NCBI RefSeq assembly: GCF_021028975.2
Contig: NC_059435.1
Location: forward strand, 78,368,001-78,432,000
Length of the DNA stretch: 64,000 bases
Direction: 5' to 3'
Source of the DNA: Sphaerodactylus townsendi
Lineage: Eukaryota
Below the pieces are notes generated by a model, which was not told the DNA's origin, did no database searches, and was given only the letters and a program-made list of their open reading frames with translations. Position 1 is the first letter of the stretch; each line of letters begins with the position of its first letter. Shown in pieces: positions 12,193-24,720 of the stretch. The position numbers and the translations under genes were made by a program.

Positions 12193-13563
12193 CTAAAACT
12201 TCACGTCCACCTGGGCTTCCTTGGCCAAGATCATTATTTCCGAGATCTTGACGACCGTTTTGGCGGCTGCATCCAACTCATAAAGCTAGCCGAAGTGATC
12301 TTTGGCGGCTCCTGCAGATATGATAGTCTTTGGCATCGTCCCACTCGGGAGACCTCTGGAAGGGCGTATCTACTGATCGGGATCTTTAGCTCCAGGATCC
12401 TCAGCCTGCCATGATGATGATGATGATCCCCTGTAGGCGATCATCAATGTCAAGCGGCGCATCAGGCCTCCAAAGATGTTGACCAGGATCGCCTCCACGG
12501 TGGTTTTGGAGGTGATGATTTTAAGGGCCTCAGTCACTTGCTGCACCGTTGCGCCGCCCCCCACGTTCAGAAAGTTGGCCGGCAGGCCCCCGTGGAATTG
12601 TATGATGTCCATGGTGGCCATGGCCAGCCCGGCCCCGTTCACCAGACAGCCGATCCTCCCCTCCAAGCCGACGTAGCTGAGATCTGCCTTGGCTGCATTC
12701 CTGTCTCTCTCGTCCTCCTGGGCCCAGTCCTGAAGCCGGAAGATTTCCTCCTGACGGTAGGCGGCGTTGCCGTCAAAGGTCATCTTGGCATCCAGGCACA
12801 CCACGGACCCCATCGAATCTTCTGCCAGGGGGTTGATTTCTACCATGGTGGCATCGTGTTCAATGAAGAAGTTGTACAGTTTAATCATGTGATCAGCGGC
12901 TTCACGGACCAGGTGAGTGGGGAACCCAATTTTCTCAGCGAACTGAAGGGCTTGCTCGCTTCGAAGGCCTTCCATGATGTCCACCGGCTCCTTTATGATG
13001 GCGTCAGGATCCTCGGCAGCCACCTCCTCAATGCTGACCCCGCCCTGAGAGCTGCCGATGAGGACCGGGCCCTGGAAGGACGGCTCCATCAGGATGGCGA
13101 AGTAGCACTCTCTCCTGGGGTAGATGCGCTTGCACACCAAGACCTGGCTGCAGATGCGGCCCTTCTTCCCCGTCTGCTGCGTGAAGAGCTTCTTCCCGAT
13201 CATGCGGGAGGAAACTTCTCTGGCTTCCTCCGCAGAAAAGACCACCTTCACCCCACCTTTGAAGCCGCCTTCAAAGACTCCCTTCCTCCGGTCACCAGCT
13301 AAAATCTGGGCCTTGACAATGAGGTCCTGGGAGCCAATTTTTTTGGCTGCTTTGTAAGCCTCTTCCGGCGTCTTTGCAAGGATCCCGTCCGGGACGGAGA
13401 TGCCCGCCTCCTTCAGCAGCCTCATGCTCAAGTATTCGTGCAGGGACAAGCTCCTTGCTTGCAGACGCGGCCCTGGCCACTGAGGGCGAGGAAGCAGCCC
13501 TGGACCCCTGCCCAGCACCGCGGCCCTCCCCCTCAGCCTCCCCACGGCCCGGCTGGAAAACAT
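12193..13563 (-). CDS. Intronless succinate-CoA ligase [ADP-forming] beta subunit-like retrogene (SUCLA2-like). ORF clean for about 370 codons; C-terminal ~80 codons disrupted by clustered 1-bp insertions
   Basis: Kozak GCTGCCATG and Arg-rich mitochondrial presequence, then [65 protein letters not shown]. Past the annotated stop (12370) the native tail is still readable as [28 protein letters not shown]. No introns; minus-strand AATAAA at 11922-11927. Confidence 0.88.
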
Positions 13564-13689
13564 GGCAGCCCCCGGCCTGTGCCCTTCGCCAGCTTTCTGT
13601 TGCCTCGTTTTGCCACAACGGGCCTCTCAACTGCCTTCTTTGACCAAAAGCCACCAAAGTTCCTTCTGCAACGGCTCGCGGCTGCCTCC

Positions 13690-13780
13690 CATTGGCCGGG
13701 GCAAAGATTCCACGGCATCAGCGCCACGCCCGGCTCGGCCTTCAACTCCCCCCCATCCACCTCTCAAAGCAGACGTCAGT
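13690..13780 (-). promoter_or_regulatory. Putative promoter of the SUCLA2-like retrogene (CCAAT box and CRE-like site)
   Basis: ATTGG at ~13691 (CCAAT on minus strand) and AGACGTCA at 13771-13778 (7/8 match to CRE TGACGTCA), 130-215 bp upstream of the ATG. Confidence 0.4.
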
Positions 13781-15597
13781 GTGACCCGTGGATTAAGGAG
13801 ATGTGGGTCTCGTGATGACTGTAAACCAAAGGGCGTCCGCTGCCGAAGCAGATGAGGAACAGATTCAGGATATATAAAGAGAAATACTTTTTTACAGAGA
13901 GTGATTAAAATGTGGGTTTTGCTGCTAGAAGAGGTAGTAACGCCACGGACAGCTTTAAAAGGGGATTAGACGGATTTGTGGAGGTTGGGATCCATTAGTG
14001 GCTACTGGTCATGGTGACTAAACAGAACTTCCACATCCAGAGGCAGTCAACCCTGAATTGCAGTGCCAGGAGGAGGCAACATCAGGGGCAGATCGCGTCC
14101 TACACAGGGGCCAACCAGCTCCTCTGGAGGTCCAACAACAAGGCAGAAAGGCCGAGGCTTTCCCCTGAAGGGGGTACCAGGGCACCCAGTTCTGTTCCTG
14201 GGGCAAAACATTAGGTATCCATCACATCTTCCGACAGCCCAAATCAATTCAAGTCCTCCTCCCTCAGTGGACTTGCTTCCCTGGGGCTGTTTTGGTTATG
14301 ACAGGTGGGCTCGTCGTGTTCCAGAGGTGCAGCAGCTGCCTGCTCAGCTTTGGGGCCTGTCTGCTTTCTCGGCACACGGCCTTGGGGCTCCTGAAACGAC
14401 GGGTCCCCCACCTAGCGCAACTTTGCTTACAAACAGGGCCAGGGAGGGTAAACCTTCTGCATGGTGCAGAGATCCCAGGAGCCAGGAAAGGCATTCTCCC
14501 CCCAGATCCCCTGTGTGTCTGCTCTTCAGGTCTGTGTGGTAGAAAATGTAGTTAAGTCAGGTCTCCCATCCAAATACGAGCCAGGACTGGACCTGCTAGC
14601 CTGGGGCACAGAAGCTTAAAGGCTTCTAAAATGAAGAGCGGTTCTTCTCTGTGCCCGGCATTCAGGAGACACCTTCAGAACTCTGTCCCAAGAAGAGGCT
14701 GCTGCTGTCTGATTCCAGCTCCTTTGCCGGCTCACATCCAGGAATCGGTTTTGAACAAGCCTTTTCTCCAAGTGCAAACTTAAGAAGAAAACTGGCATTT
14801 AGTCCCTGCCTGCCGGGCAAATGTGAGGCGTGCGTGCAGCCCGGCCTTGCTCGGCTTGGATGCAGGAAAGACACTGAGCCTTACAAGTCAAAACCATTCC
14901 GGGAGACCAGCTTGGGACACCGTGCGCACATTTCCCACGAAGCCAATGCGAGCGCCTCAATGAACACGTGGCAAGAAGACTCCACTGAAATGCCTGCACA
15001 ACATCTTTAACAAACCTGCCAGTGCTAAACCTGCATGTCAGCTCACTGGGAGCAGAAGCTTTCCAGCACACTGCCACGGTCAAACATAACGGCGGCACTG
15101 TAAGCTCCTCTTATTGATCCTAACTACAGCTCTCCCTGCGAGGGTGGCTTTCCTGTATCCCCATCTGACAGTGAGGAACGGAAGCCCAAGAACAGCCACT
15201 CGTCCACTGCCTACTAAAAGGGCTGCCGGCTTGGGCAGAGTTTCACCTTTATCCTGGATCCTGCCATAGGGACATCCTGCCTCCCTGTGACCAGGTGAGC
15301 CTTGCAGGTGAGTCTTCCCAGCTGACTGACCATCACACCCCCGTTCTGGAGCACCACCCAGGCCCAGAGTGCCATCTAGTGGCTTCCACCCCCAACTGCT
15401 CCAAGGCCCAGCCTCTCAGGCCCGCCAGAGGTTTTGTCTCTTCCACGGTCTGCGAAGGCACATTTGCCGCCTTAACGTTTTGTGCTCTCGTTGCCGTTCC
15501 TATTTCTTCCTTCATGCAAAGATCGTCCTCAGAGATCCATTCAGGAAAATGCCAGCAGGTCCCCAATATCAAGTCAAGGGATCCAGGTCCAATGCGT

Positions 15598-15770
15598 TGT
15601 TGAAGGGTTTCACAGCCGGAATCACGGGGGAGTTGTGGGGTTTCCGGGCTGTCTGGCCATGTTCCAGGAGCATTTTCCTTGCATCAGCCAGCCACAGATG
15701 CAGGCAAAACGTCAGGAGAAAATGCTCCTGGAACATGGCCATACAGCCCGGGAAACCCACAACACCCCAA
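15598..15770. mobile_element. Penelope-like terminal-repeat foldback
   Basis: GTTGTGGGGTTTCCGGGCTGT.TGGCCATGTTCCAGGAGCATTT with its inverted copy; related pieces at 30815-30933, 33930-33965 and 44972-45060. Confidence 0.5.
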
Positions 15771-16157
15771 GGGAATGAGAGTTGGAAGTTCATGCCCTGA
15801 AAACCTCATTGGTCTTGGAGGTGCTCCGGCCCACAAATCTGACTCTTCTACTGCAGACCGATGCAGCTGCCCACCTGCCACCATAACGGCGGCCTTCTCC
15901 CTTTGCACCAGAAGTCCTCCCGATCACCTGTCTTATCTGGAAGGTTTCTGACACCTGCCTTACACTGAGAGCCACCGTGGCGTAGTGGTTAAGAGATGAG
16001 CTACGAGCAAAGGAAACTCCGCGAGGACATTCTGCAAATGGCAGCAGCAGCAGTGGCACAGAGCCTCCTGAAGAGGGCGGGAAATGGCAGGGGTCAGCTG
16101 CAAAGGAAGCAAAAGTGACACCTTTAAACTTGGGTGGGAAAAAATAAAACGCTCCTT

Positions 16158-16672
16158 GGGCGATTCCGCACATGAATAAAATAGGTTCGACCCAGTTCCC
16201 TGAGAAGGGTACTAACCTAGGTCGAAGCCATTGTTGTTCCCCACTGCAACCAGCTTGATCCCAGCTCGGAGGGCGGAATCATCCTGTGCCTCTTCGCTGC
16301 TCCGTTCCGATTGGCTACTGTTCTACGGCCATGTTCCGTCTATCCCCACACACGTTATAAAAAAAACTGCCACAGGAATGGAGGGACGAAGGTGGCATTT
16401 TTTGATTGGCCAGCTGTACGCATGCCCGAAACACTCAGCTGTGATTGGCTGAATGGGGGACTCCTAGCACCAGAGATTCCGCACTTTACTGGAATCGAGC
16501 TGAGTTTGAGCGTGGTTCCCTGAAAAAGTAGTAGTTCCCAACTGGAGTCGGAAATTTGACCGTTACACGGGGCGAAGCTGGTACAAAACCACGTCGATCC
16601 CAGTGGTTGTGTGGAGCACTGAGGTTGAACGCAGCTTGAACTTAGGTCGATAATGCAAATGTGGAATCGACC
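16158..16672. mobile_element. Non-autonomous PIF/Harbinger-like element
   Basis: Imperfect TIRs GGGCGATTCCGCAC / GTGGAATCGACC, flanked by a 3-bp direct repeat CTT; no ORF. Confidence 0.55.
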
Positions 16673-18514
16673 CTTGTTCCCGCACAGCCAAGAGAAACCA
16701 TCTTGACTCCGTCTTGGGGAAAAAGAATTGCTAATTTAGCATTTTCTGAAAAACCTGGGTTGGGCAGAAATAAAACGTCCTGAAGTTGGGCTGGGGGAAA
16801 AACTGTGCAGAGTTCTCCCCCAAAACGCCTTTCCCCCTTGTCCTCAGGACGTTCTGTTTGTGCTGTACAGAAAGGACTTTTTGGGACTCCTTACAGGAGA
16901 GAGAGGGAACAAATCCAGACTCTTCTCCCTCTTCCACTTTGGCCTTTTCTCCAAGTATCCTTGGCCCACCCTTCTAGCCAACAGCCCGCCGATCTCGCTA
17001 CACGACTGTCCCGGCCTCATCCAGGCTCCTGGCCGGAGCTCCCAGTGTGTGTCCCTGGGGAGGACCCAGAGAATTTTCCTCAGCAGCAGCAGTGAGGAAT
17101 CAGCTGCTGTGAACAAGATAAAGCCTCGGGGAGTTATTTTAAAAACTGCTCTGCACCCTCTTAGGCACGACACCCCCCCAAAGCCAAGGATCTGGACCCT
17201 CCCAACCCCCAAAGGAGCAGGCAGCTGGCCTCTCTCATGGGCATTTTCTAGCCGTTTGCACACAGTTGCTGCCTACTCATAGGAGACACCAGCAGGCATG
17301 GTTTGTGAGAGACGGAGAGGAGGCCGAGGGGGCCGTTGCCCTGCCTCGCAAAGGAGGGAGGTGCGCGTGTGCGTGGAGCAGGGCATCCCCCACTTAGACA
17401 AACGCACATGAAACACGCTGCAAGGAGGGCAGTGGTTTGGCTGCTCCAAGTTCACCACCGTGAGCAGCCACAGGGGAGCATTTCCTGCGCTTGTGCTGCC
17501 AGCCCCCAACCCCCCACCCCCCAGAGAGACTTCCCTTTAAAGTCAACTCCACGCAGAAGACCTGTCCTGTGAACACCCGGCATCAAGTCAGACCACTGGC
17601 TGAGCCTGCCGCTGCTTCCTGCTCTGACCGGCAGAAGTCAAGGCAGGGGTCTCACCGGGCCAGACCAGGGCAGGGGGGTGCCTCAGGGGACTTGCTGGCC
17701 CGATAAGCCCCCTCAAGGGGCCACCCACCTCCAGGCACCCCCAGGGCCATTCCGGGACCTGCTGAGGAACCCCCTCCCCCAAAAGGGCCCAACCCAGCCA
17801 AGTCACTTTTCCATCCTATGCGGCCCTTGCCACAAATGAGTGTGACGCCTCAGGCAGAGCCGGGCCTTTGGGGAGCAGTGCCAGGAACCAAACTGGGGGC
17901 TGCCCGGCGTGCCAATCAGCGGCTTTCCTGCCAACTCCCACTCCCCCCAGGAGCTGTGAATGTGGCCTTCCCACCTGTCCAACCCCTGAAGTGGCCTCAC
18001 CTGGCCCGATGAACGAAAGGGGGGCTCGATGGCGGGGAACCCCTCTACCCCTGAGCTGAGGAAGCGGCAGGGGGAATCGGGGCTGGGGCCGGACGGATGA
18101 AATGGACGGGGATATCAGTCCAGCTGGGCCAGAACGAGAACAAACCGGCCTCACACTCGCCACCCCGGGGGAGCAGCATCCGGACACCAGAGACCTGTGC
18201 TAACGGCACAGAACGGGCCCCTCATCCCCTGCCTGGCTGGTGCTGCTCCGGAGTGGGTTTTGACACCAGTGCTTGGGGGGCGGGGGGCAGCTTTTGAAAC
18301 ACGGAGGTGTTGAATTGAATCAGGGGCAACATGAATACTGTGCTTGTATGAATATATTTATGAAGTATCTGGTCTTTTCCCGTCCGCTGCTCCTACAATC
18401 CTCGCTTTGAGTATTAATGGTCACATCCTGTTCATGGTTCGTGTGCGCCATTAAGAGGTTCTGGGATTTATGGGCCTGGCTGAACGCACAAGAGGACGCC
18501 ATCTGTTGAGCCAC

Positions 18515-18810
18515 AAGGCCAGCGTGGGGTAGCAGTTAAAAGCAGGTGGATTCTGATCTGGAAAACCGGGTTTGATTCTCCCCTCCTCCACCAGACTGGC
18601 AGAGGCTTATCTGGTGAACCAGATATGTTTCCACACTGCTACACTCCTGCTGGGTGACCTTGGGCTAGTCACAGTTCTCTCAGAGCTCTCTCAGCCCCAC
18701 CTGCCTCACAGGGTGTCTGTTGTGGGAAGAGGAAGGGAAAGGAACTTGTCTTGAGTCTCCTTACAGGAGAGAAAAGGGGGGTGGGGTATAAATCCAAAAC
18801 TCTTCTTCCT
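18515..18810 (+). mobile_element. tRNA-derived squamate SINE (Squam3-like)
   Basis: Box A-like GTGGGGTAGCAGTT, box B-like GGGTTTGATTCTCC, shared core and CTT-rich tail. Confidence 0.7.
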
Positions 18811-19927
18811 TCACTGCTTCCATTCTTTTCAGCTCCTCTCTTCCTGACTGAGGCTGGCCCATGGAGGCAAATGCGTGCCCAGCTTGACACAGAATAGTCT
18901 GGGAAATGGGAATGCACAAATCCTGACAGACCAAAGTAAGACAGAGAGGCTGAGTCAACCCTGAATGTGCCTTTCCCAGCAGCTGCGCGCAAACACGTTT
19001 GGGCTCCTTTGCGTCCCTCTCCCAAGGATTCCCCCCACTTTCGTCATCGGAGGCCTCGAGTTTGGCAGACTGGCTGATGCTGGTTCTGACTGGACTCAGC
19101 TGGCTTCTAGCCTTGCTGAGGATGGACACGGAGCCCCTCCCCCCCCCCTTTGAAGGTGGGCGCCGGGCAGCCCCCACTCCTCCTGCAGCAGCTCCATTTG
19201 TTTCTAACCTGAAATGTGTATGAGGAGACGCACCATCTCCTGCCATTCTGCTGACTGGGGGGGAGCCGCTCCCTTGGTCCAGTGTTGCAAACACCCCCCC
19301 CACCCCCCACCCCCCATGGCTCTCTGCCTCTCACGGAGCTTCTGGCTCTTCTCTGGAGTCCTCTGAGCAGTTGCTCAATTTTACCTTCCAAATAACTGCC
19401 TTGCCGAGTTCCACAGCGGCCCACTCCTCCGTTCTCTTTCGTTTATTAAAAGGTAGTCTTTTTTCATATTAGGAGAGTGACGGCATCATCCCACTCATCA
19501 GCCTCCCCCACCCTCTCCCCTCTCATAAAACCACGCCTCTTCACACAGGCCCCTCCCCCACAGCACAGCCTCCTCCTCCTCCTCCTCCTCCTCGCTGGCC
19601 AAGCGCATGGGTTGCTAAACAATCCCCAAGTCTGGAAAGTGCCCAAAATGTGACCGCAGTAAAACTCTTGCTTGTGACAGCGGCTGAAACTAAAACAGTG
19701 CACGAATGGCCAAGTCCACAGTGGCCTCCTCTGAAGCACGGGGCCACAATCCACCGCTGGCCAGGAGACCGCAAGACCAGCCTGCGGCACAGACCCGGCT
19801 CTGGCATCCTCCAAGAAAGAACCCTCTCCTCGGTCTCCGTCATGCGTACGCACACTTGTGGTTTTGTGAAGCACGCCAGCCTGGCCCCGCTGGTGCAGAT
19901 TACAAACCGCCCCCCCCCGCCCCCCCA

Positions 19928-22900
19928 CTATGGATCGGGGCCCTCCAGCTCCATCCGCTGGTAGCCGGCCTCCTGCTTGAGTTTGGACAGGGTTTCGAGG
20001 GGCACCTGCAGAGGGGTGCAGGAGAGCAGCAGCGGGTGCACCTGCAGGAAGGGGTCCCCGTCCTCGCCCTCGTCCCCGTAGCAGGGCAGCAGGCAGCTCC
20101 CGGCGTGGGCGGCCTGGTGGGCCTTCAGCTCCTTCCTCTGGCTGAAGATGACGCCGCATTCGGTGCAGGGGTACACCCTCTCCACCGTGTGGGTGAGGTG
20201 GTGCGTCCGGAGGTTGCCCTTGTACTTGAAGCTCTTGCCGCACTCGAGGCAGGTGAAGGGGCGCTCGCCGGTGTGGATGCGCCGGTGCTTCATCAGGGTG
20301 GTCTTCAGGTTGAAGGTCTTGCCGCACTCCCCGCACACGAAGGGCCGCTCACCGGTGTGGATGCGCTGGTGGGTGATGAGGGTGCCCTTGCGGTTGAAGC
20401 TCTTCCCGCACTCCAGGCAGGCGAAGGGCTTCTCGCCCGTGTGGATGCGCTGGTGCTTGATCAGCTCCCCATTGTGGCTGAAGCACTTCCCACAGTCGGC
20501 GCAGGCGAAGGGCCGCTCCCCGGTATGGATGCGCTGGTGCCGGGTGAGGTCGCCGTTGCGGCTGAAGCTCTTGCCGCACTCGGTGCAGCCGAAGGGCCGG
20601 TCCCCCACGTGGATCTTCTGGTGGAGGATGAAGGTCTTCTTGGCGCAGAAGCCCTTGCCGCACTCCCCGCAGACGAAAGGCCGCTCGCCCCGGTGGATCT
20701 TCTGGTGGGTGATGAAGTTGGCCTTGCGGTTGAAGGCCTTGCCGCACTCCTCGCAGGAATACGGCTTCTCGCCCGTGTGGATGCGCTGGTGGAGAACAAA
20801 GGTCTGCTTGGAGCAGAAGCTCTTGCCGCAGACGCCACACTCGAAGGGCTTTTCCCCCGTGTGGATGCGCGTGTGGCGCATCAGGTCCCCCTTCTGGCTG
20901 AAGCTCTTCCCACACTCCGCACAGGGAAAGGGCTTCTCCCCCGTGTGCACCCGCAAGTGAGTGATCAGATTCCCCCGGTGCTGGAACCGCTTCGCACAGA
21001 CACTGCAAGCAAAGGGCCTCTCGGCAGCCGTGTGGCTCTTGGGCCGCTTAGCTGGCTCAGAGGCGGCCTGGGCTGGAGGGCAGAGCTTCTCCCCACCAGT
21101 GGGGGGTCCTCCAGGTACCGTCAGCCTGCGGGAGCTCTGGAAGGAAGAAGCCATCACCCGAATCCCGTCTGTTCGCTCACTTGCCGCTTCTGGTGAGGGC
21201 TGGCTCAGCTCTGTGTGGCCACCTGAGGGAGCAGAGATGAAGGAACAGGGTTGGTTCACTTTTCTCACCTTTAAGGAGTCTCAAAGTGTCTTTCAATTGC
21301 CTTGTTTCCCCTTCCCCACGACAGACACCTCCTGAGGTAGGTGGAACTGAGAGAGTTCTGAGAGGACTGTGACTAGGCCAAGCAGGCTGAATTTGGAAGA
21401 GCAGGGAAACAAATCTGGTATACCAGGTGAGGGTTTGCCACTCATGTGGAGGAGAGGGGACTCGAACCCTCATATTGAGGGGCCTGCCGTTCCTCCTTTT
21501 TGGGGAAGGTTTTAAATGTGAGTTTTTCTGGATGCCTCTTATTTATTTAATTATTAACCGCTGTTTTATATGAAGTTTTAGAAAGTTTTATTGATTATTA
21601 ATTGGATGGAGCTTATGTTATTGTTTACTGTGTCGTATGATTTGCTCCTCTATTCAATATTGTATGGATTTTATGTTGTACACCGCCCGGAGCCCTTTGG
21701 GGATCGGGCGGTATAGAAATCTAATAAATACATAAATTAAATAAATAAACTGGGTTCTCCAGAGCAGAATGTGCTGCTCTGAACTGCTACATCACACTGG
21801 AGACAGGAGGGGGGCCATGAGCCAGGCCAGGAAGGGAAGAGGTGCTTCACCAGCTCTAAGAAGACGCTTCCGGCCACCACATGACCCAACGTCCTCGGTG
21901 GGCTGCGGTTCACAACTATCCCATTTCAAACAATTTTCAGAATACCAGAACCCCTCCCCCGCAGCTGGCGCATAACCAGAAAATAAACAAAAGTCAAACT
22001 TCAGTTACTCATTTCAAGGTCATTTCTCTTGACAGCTGATCCAAAGTGGTCAAAAGTAGAAAACAGACAGCTTATTCATGAACCTTCCACCTGATCTCAG
22101 CCCAAGAAGTCACAAGAACTGGAGTGATAAAACAGACCACGGTTTCTGAAGGTACTTCCCAGCACACCCCTAACTGCGCCTGCAGCCTCAGAGAACTTCC
22201 AACATCCCCGCAGAACGAGAACGGGCACCCCCACCCCCGGCTTGCCTCCTGAGCCCTGAGGCCTTCTTCCAGAGTCCAGATGAAGGAGCCTCCCCCAGAC
22301 AGAGAGGCGCTCCCTGGAGTCGGAGGAAGGGTTCGCTCAGCCCTCTCATCAGGGGTGGTCAAGAAACCCCAGGCCCTCCCCCACACCTCCCACCTGGAAG
22401 CTTTTGCTCAGTACGTCAAACTTGAACCCGGTACTCCACTGTGCCAGCAACAAGGCTTACCCTCTTGAAGGACGCTGGGAGCTGTTGCCTGGCCAGGCGG
22501 ACTTCTGAGGGGGCCCCCCTCCTCCTCCTCTTCCTCCTCCGGCTCCATCTTCACAATCACATCAGGTCTGACGTCGGCTGTGTGGGGGGAGGGAAAAGTG
22601 GGACAGGTGGTCAGGGGGAAGTCCAAGGTTGGGGGAGGCTCAGGTGGACTCCTGCTGCTTCCCTAGACCAGGGGTCTGCAACCTGCGGCTCTCCAGATGT
22701 TCATGGGCTACAATTCCCATCAGCCCCTGCCAGCATGGCCAATTGGACATCTGGAGAGCCGCAGGTTGCAGACCCCTGCCCTAGACCAAGTGCAGCCCGT
22801 GCAGAGAAGTGGCACGAAGCCAAGCCTCCCAGGTGCGGCCCAGCTCCAGGTGTGTCCTGGCAGAGGCAGCCAGTGACTCAGGGTGGCACCTACAGCTCCC

Positions 22901-24720
22901 TCAAGGGGCCATGGCTTAGAGCCCTGCAGCACAATGCTGGTGGTTGCTTGCCCAGGGGAAGCCACATGCTTGTGACCTCTTGGGTCTAGTTATCCAGAAC
23001 ACTGGCCCTTCTGACCGGCCTTGAGGTATTCAGAGTGACCTTGGAAAGGGGGTGACACCGATGCTTCCCCGGAGTGTCTCTCTCTCTCTCTCTCTCTCTT
23101 CCCAGACCACAAAGCTCGGCCTATCGGCAGTGCTTGCAAATTAGCCCTGAAGGCCGGAGCCAAAGCCCCAGCAGTGCTCCCGGGGAGCTCAAGGGGCGTG
23201 CCCACAAGAACCGTGTGGCGGCTGCTGCCCTGTGCCCAGGAGGCGGCCCTCGGAGTATTCCGGAGATCCTGTGGTAGAAGACGAGCAGGCGGGATGACTC
23301 ACAGGCATCTGTGTCCTCGCCAGACTCTCCCTCGCTGTCACCCCACGGAGGGCCACGATATGCATCGTCCACCGGCTCGGCCTTTATCCTCATCTCCTCC
23401 TTGATGCCTGAAACAGACCACGAATCCCAGCCCCACATCAGCCCCAGACTGCTCAGTCCCATCATGGGCAGCCATTCACAGCTGCAGCCAGCTCCTCAGA
23501 AGGAACTTTCACACCCTAAAGGGACTGGGACCTTTGAATCTGCGGGACTGACTCTCCTGCGAAGGACCCTTTTCCCAGCAAGAAACAACCCACTGGTGGC
23601 CCCTGGCCCAAAAGCGGGCTAGTTGGCATCAGCCGCGGCCAGCGCTTTTTCGGTCCTGGCCCTGGAGAAAGGACCCTACTTCGGTTCTGCAGGGCCTGTG
23701 AGACGGAGCTGCTCCGCCGGGCCTGTAGGGCTGTGGTGGCGAGCCTTTGGCACTCCAGATGTTATGGACTACAATTCCCATTAGCCCCAATTGGCCATGC
23801 TGGCAGGGGCTGATGGGAATTGTAGTCCATAACATCTGGAGTGCCAAAGGCTCGCCACCACTGCGTAGGGCAACAACGGGATTGTGTCCATCTGGCGGGC
23901 CTCTCTTCTCCCTTTCCTTTCTTTTGTTGTGCCTGGTAACGGGTTTGATATTGGCATTATTAGTTCATCCCCCCCCCCCCCCCCGATTGATTATTAGTTA
24001 TTAAGGCACTGGGACATTGCATTGCAACTGTGGATTTTAGTATCAGTTTTATTGCTGTAAGCCCTGAGCCTGCCTTGCAGGGAAGAGGGGGCGCCGGGGG
24101 CTATGAAGTCAAACAAACAAGAGATTCCTCATTTGTCCATCTTCCCCTGAATTAGTAGCTTTGGGTGAGAGATGAAAAGTCCCCCTTGGGAAGGTGATCA
24201 GGGGCCCTTCTTGATGGCATAAACTGCCGTGGTGGTGAAACCTTTGGCACTCCAGATGTTATGGACTACAATTCCCATCAGCCCCTGGCCATGCTGGCAG
24301 GGGCTGATCGGAATTGTAGTCCATAACATCTGGAGTGCCAAAGGTTTCACCACCACTGGCATAAAGGATTGCCCAAAGTTGAGGAAACGAAGGAATTTCA
24401 CCACAGGACTAACTGGGATGGGACACCCAGGGGATGGGGGGAGCAGGCAGCACAGCTGAGAAGACTGAGGAAGCCCCTCCCCCCCCCGTTTGCTCCCACC
24501 TGAGGCCCTGCAGAGCCGTTGCCACTTGGAGGCCGCCAGGCAGACCCGGGAAGACCAAGCAGGGCCTGGCTCAGCACAAGGCAAGGGCACGGGAGTCACC
24601 CGCACAGCTCACCAGTTCCAGGGGGCAGTGGGGCCGGCATCCCCGTGGGGCCTTGTGGGGGTCTGATGCACACCTCTTCCTCTGGCTCCTCTTTCACAGC
24701 AACCTCTGGGGCAGCCCAGC
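19928..24720 (-). CDS. C2H2 zinc-finger protein, 11 fingers; exons 24613-24720, 23303-23407, 22461-22577, 19928-21222; 5' exons unresolved
   Basis: Last exon has 11 CxxC-x12-HxxxH fingers with TGEKP/TGERP linkers. Three upstream phase-1 exons (VKEEPEEE, IKEE/IKAEP, VKMEPEEE) have canonical GT-AG sites and splice in frame. Minus-strand AATAAA at 19442-19447. Confidence 0.9.
21265..21472 (-). mobile_element. Squamate SINE copy (intronic)
   Basis: Reverse complement of the SINE core seen at 11565-11860. Confidence 0.6.
21480..21750 (+). mobile_element. L2-like LINE 3' tail
   Basis: T-rich UTR, stem-loop CCGCCCG...CGGGCGG and (TAAA)n tail. Confidence 0.55.
22669..22778. mobile_element. Internally deleted hAT-type MITE
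   Basis: Same TIRs as the 6493 copy; perfect TSD CCCTAGAC. Confidence 0.88.
23731..23863. mobile_element. Palindromic hAT-type MITE
   Basis: CTGTGGTGGCGAGCCTTTGG...CCAAAGGCTCGCCACCACTG; imperfect TSD containing GTAGGG. Confidence 0.85.
24227..24358. mobile_element. Palindromic hAT-type MITE
   Basis: Foldback with the GGACTACAATTCCCATCAGCCCC core; GCATAAA near both ends. Confidence 0.85.

Noticed and set aside
12538-13302. 254-aa plus-strand ORF
   Set aside because: Antisense shadow of the SUCLA2-like CDS.
19706-21196. 496-aa plus-strand ORF and other overlapping ORFs
   Set aside because: Antisense and alternative-frame shadows of the GC-rich zinc-finger exon; no independent domain.
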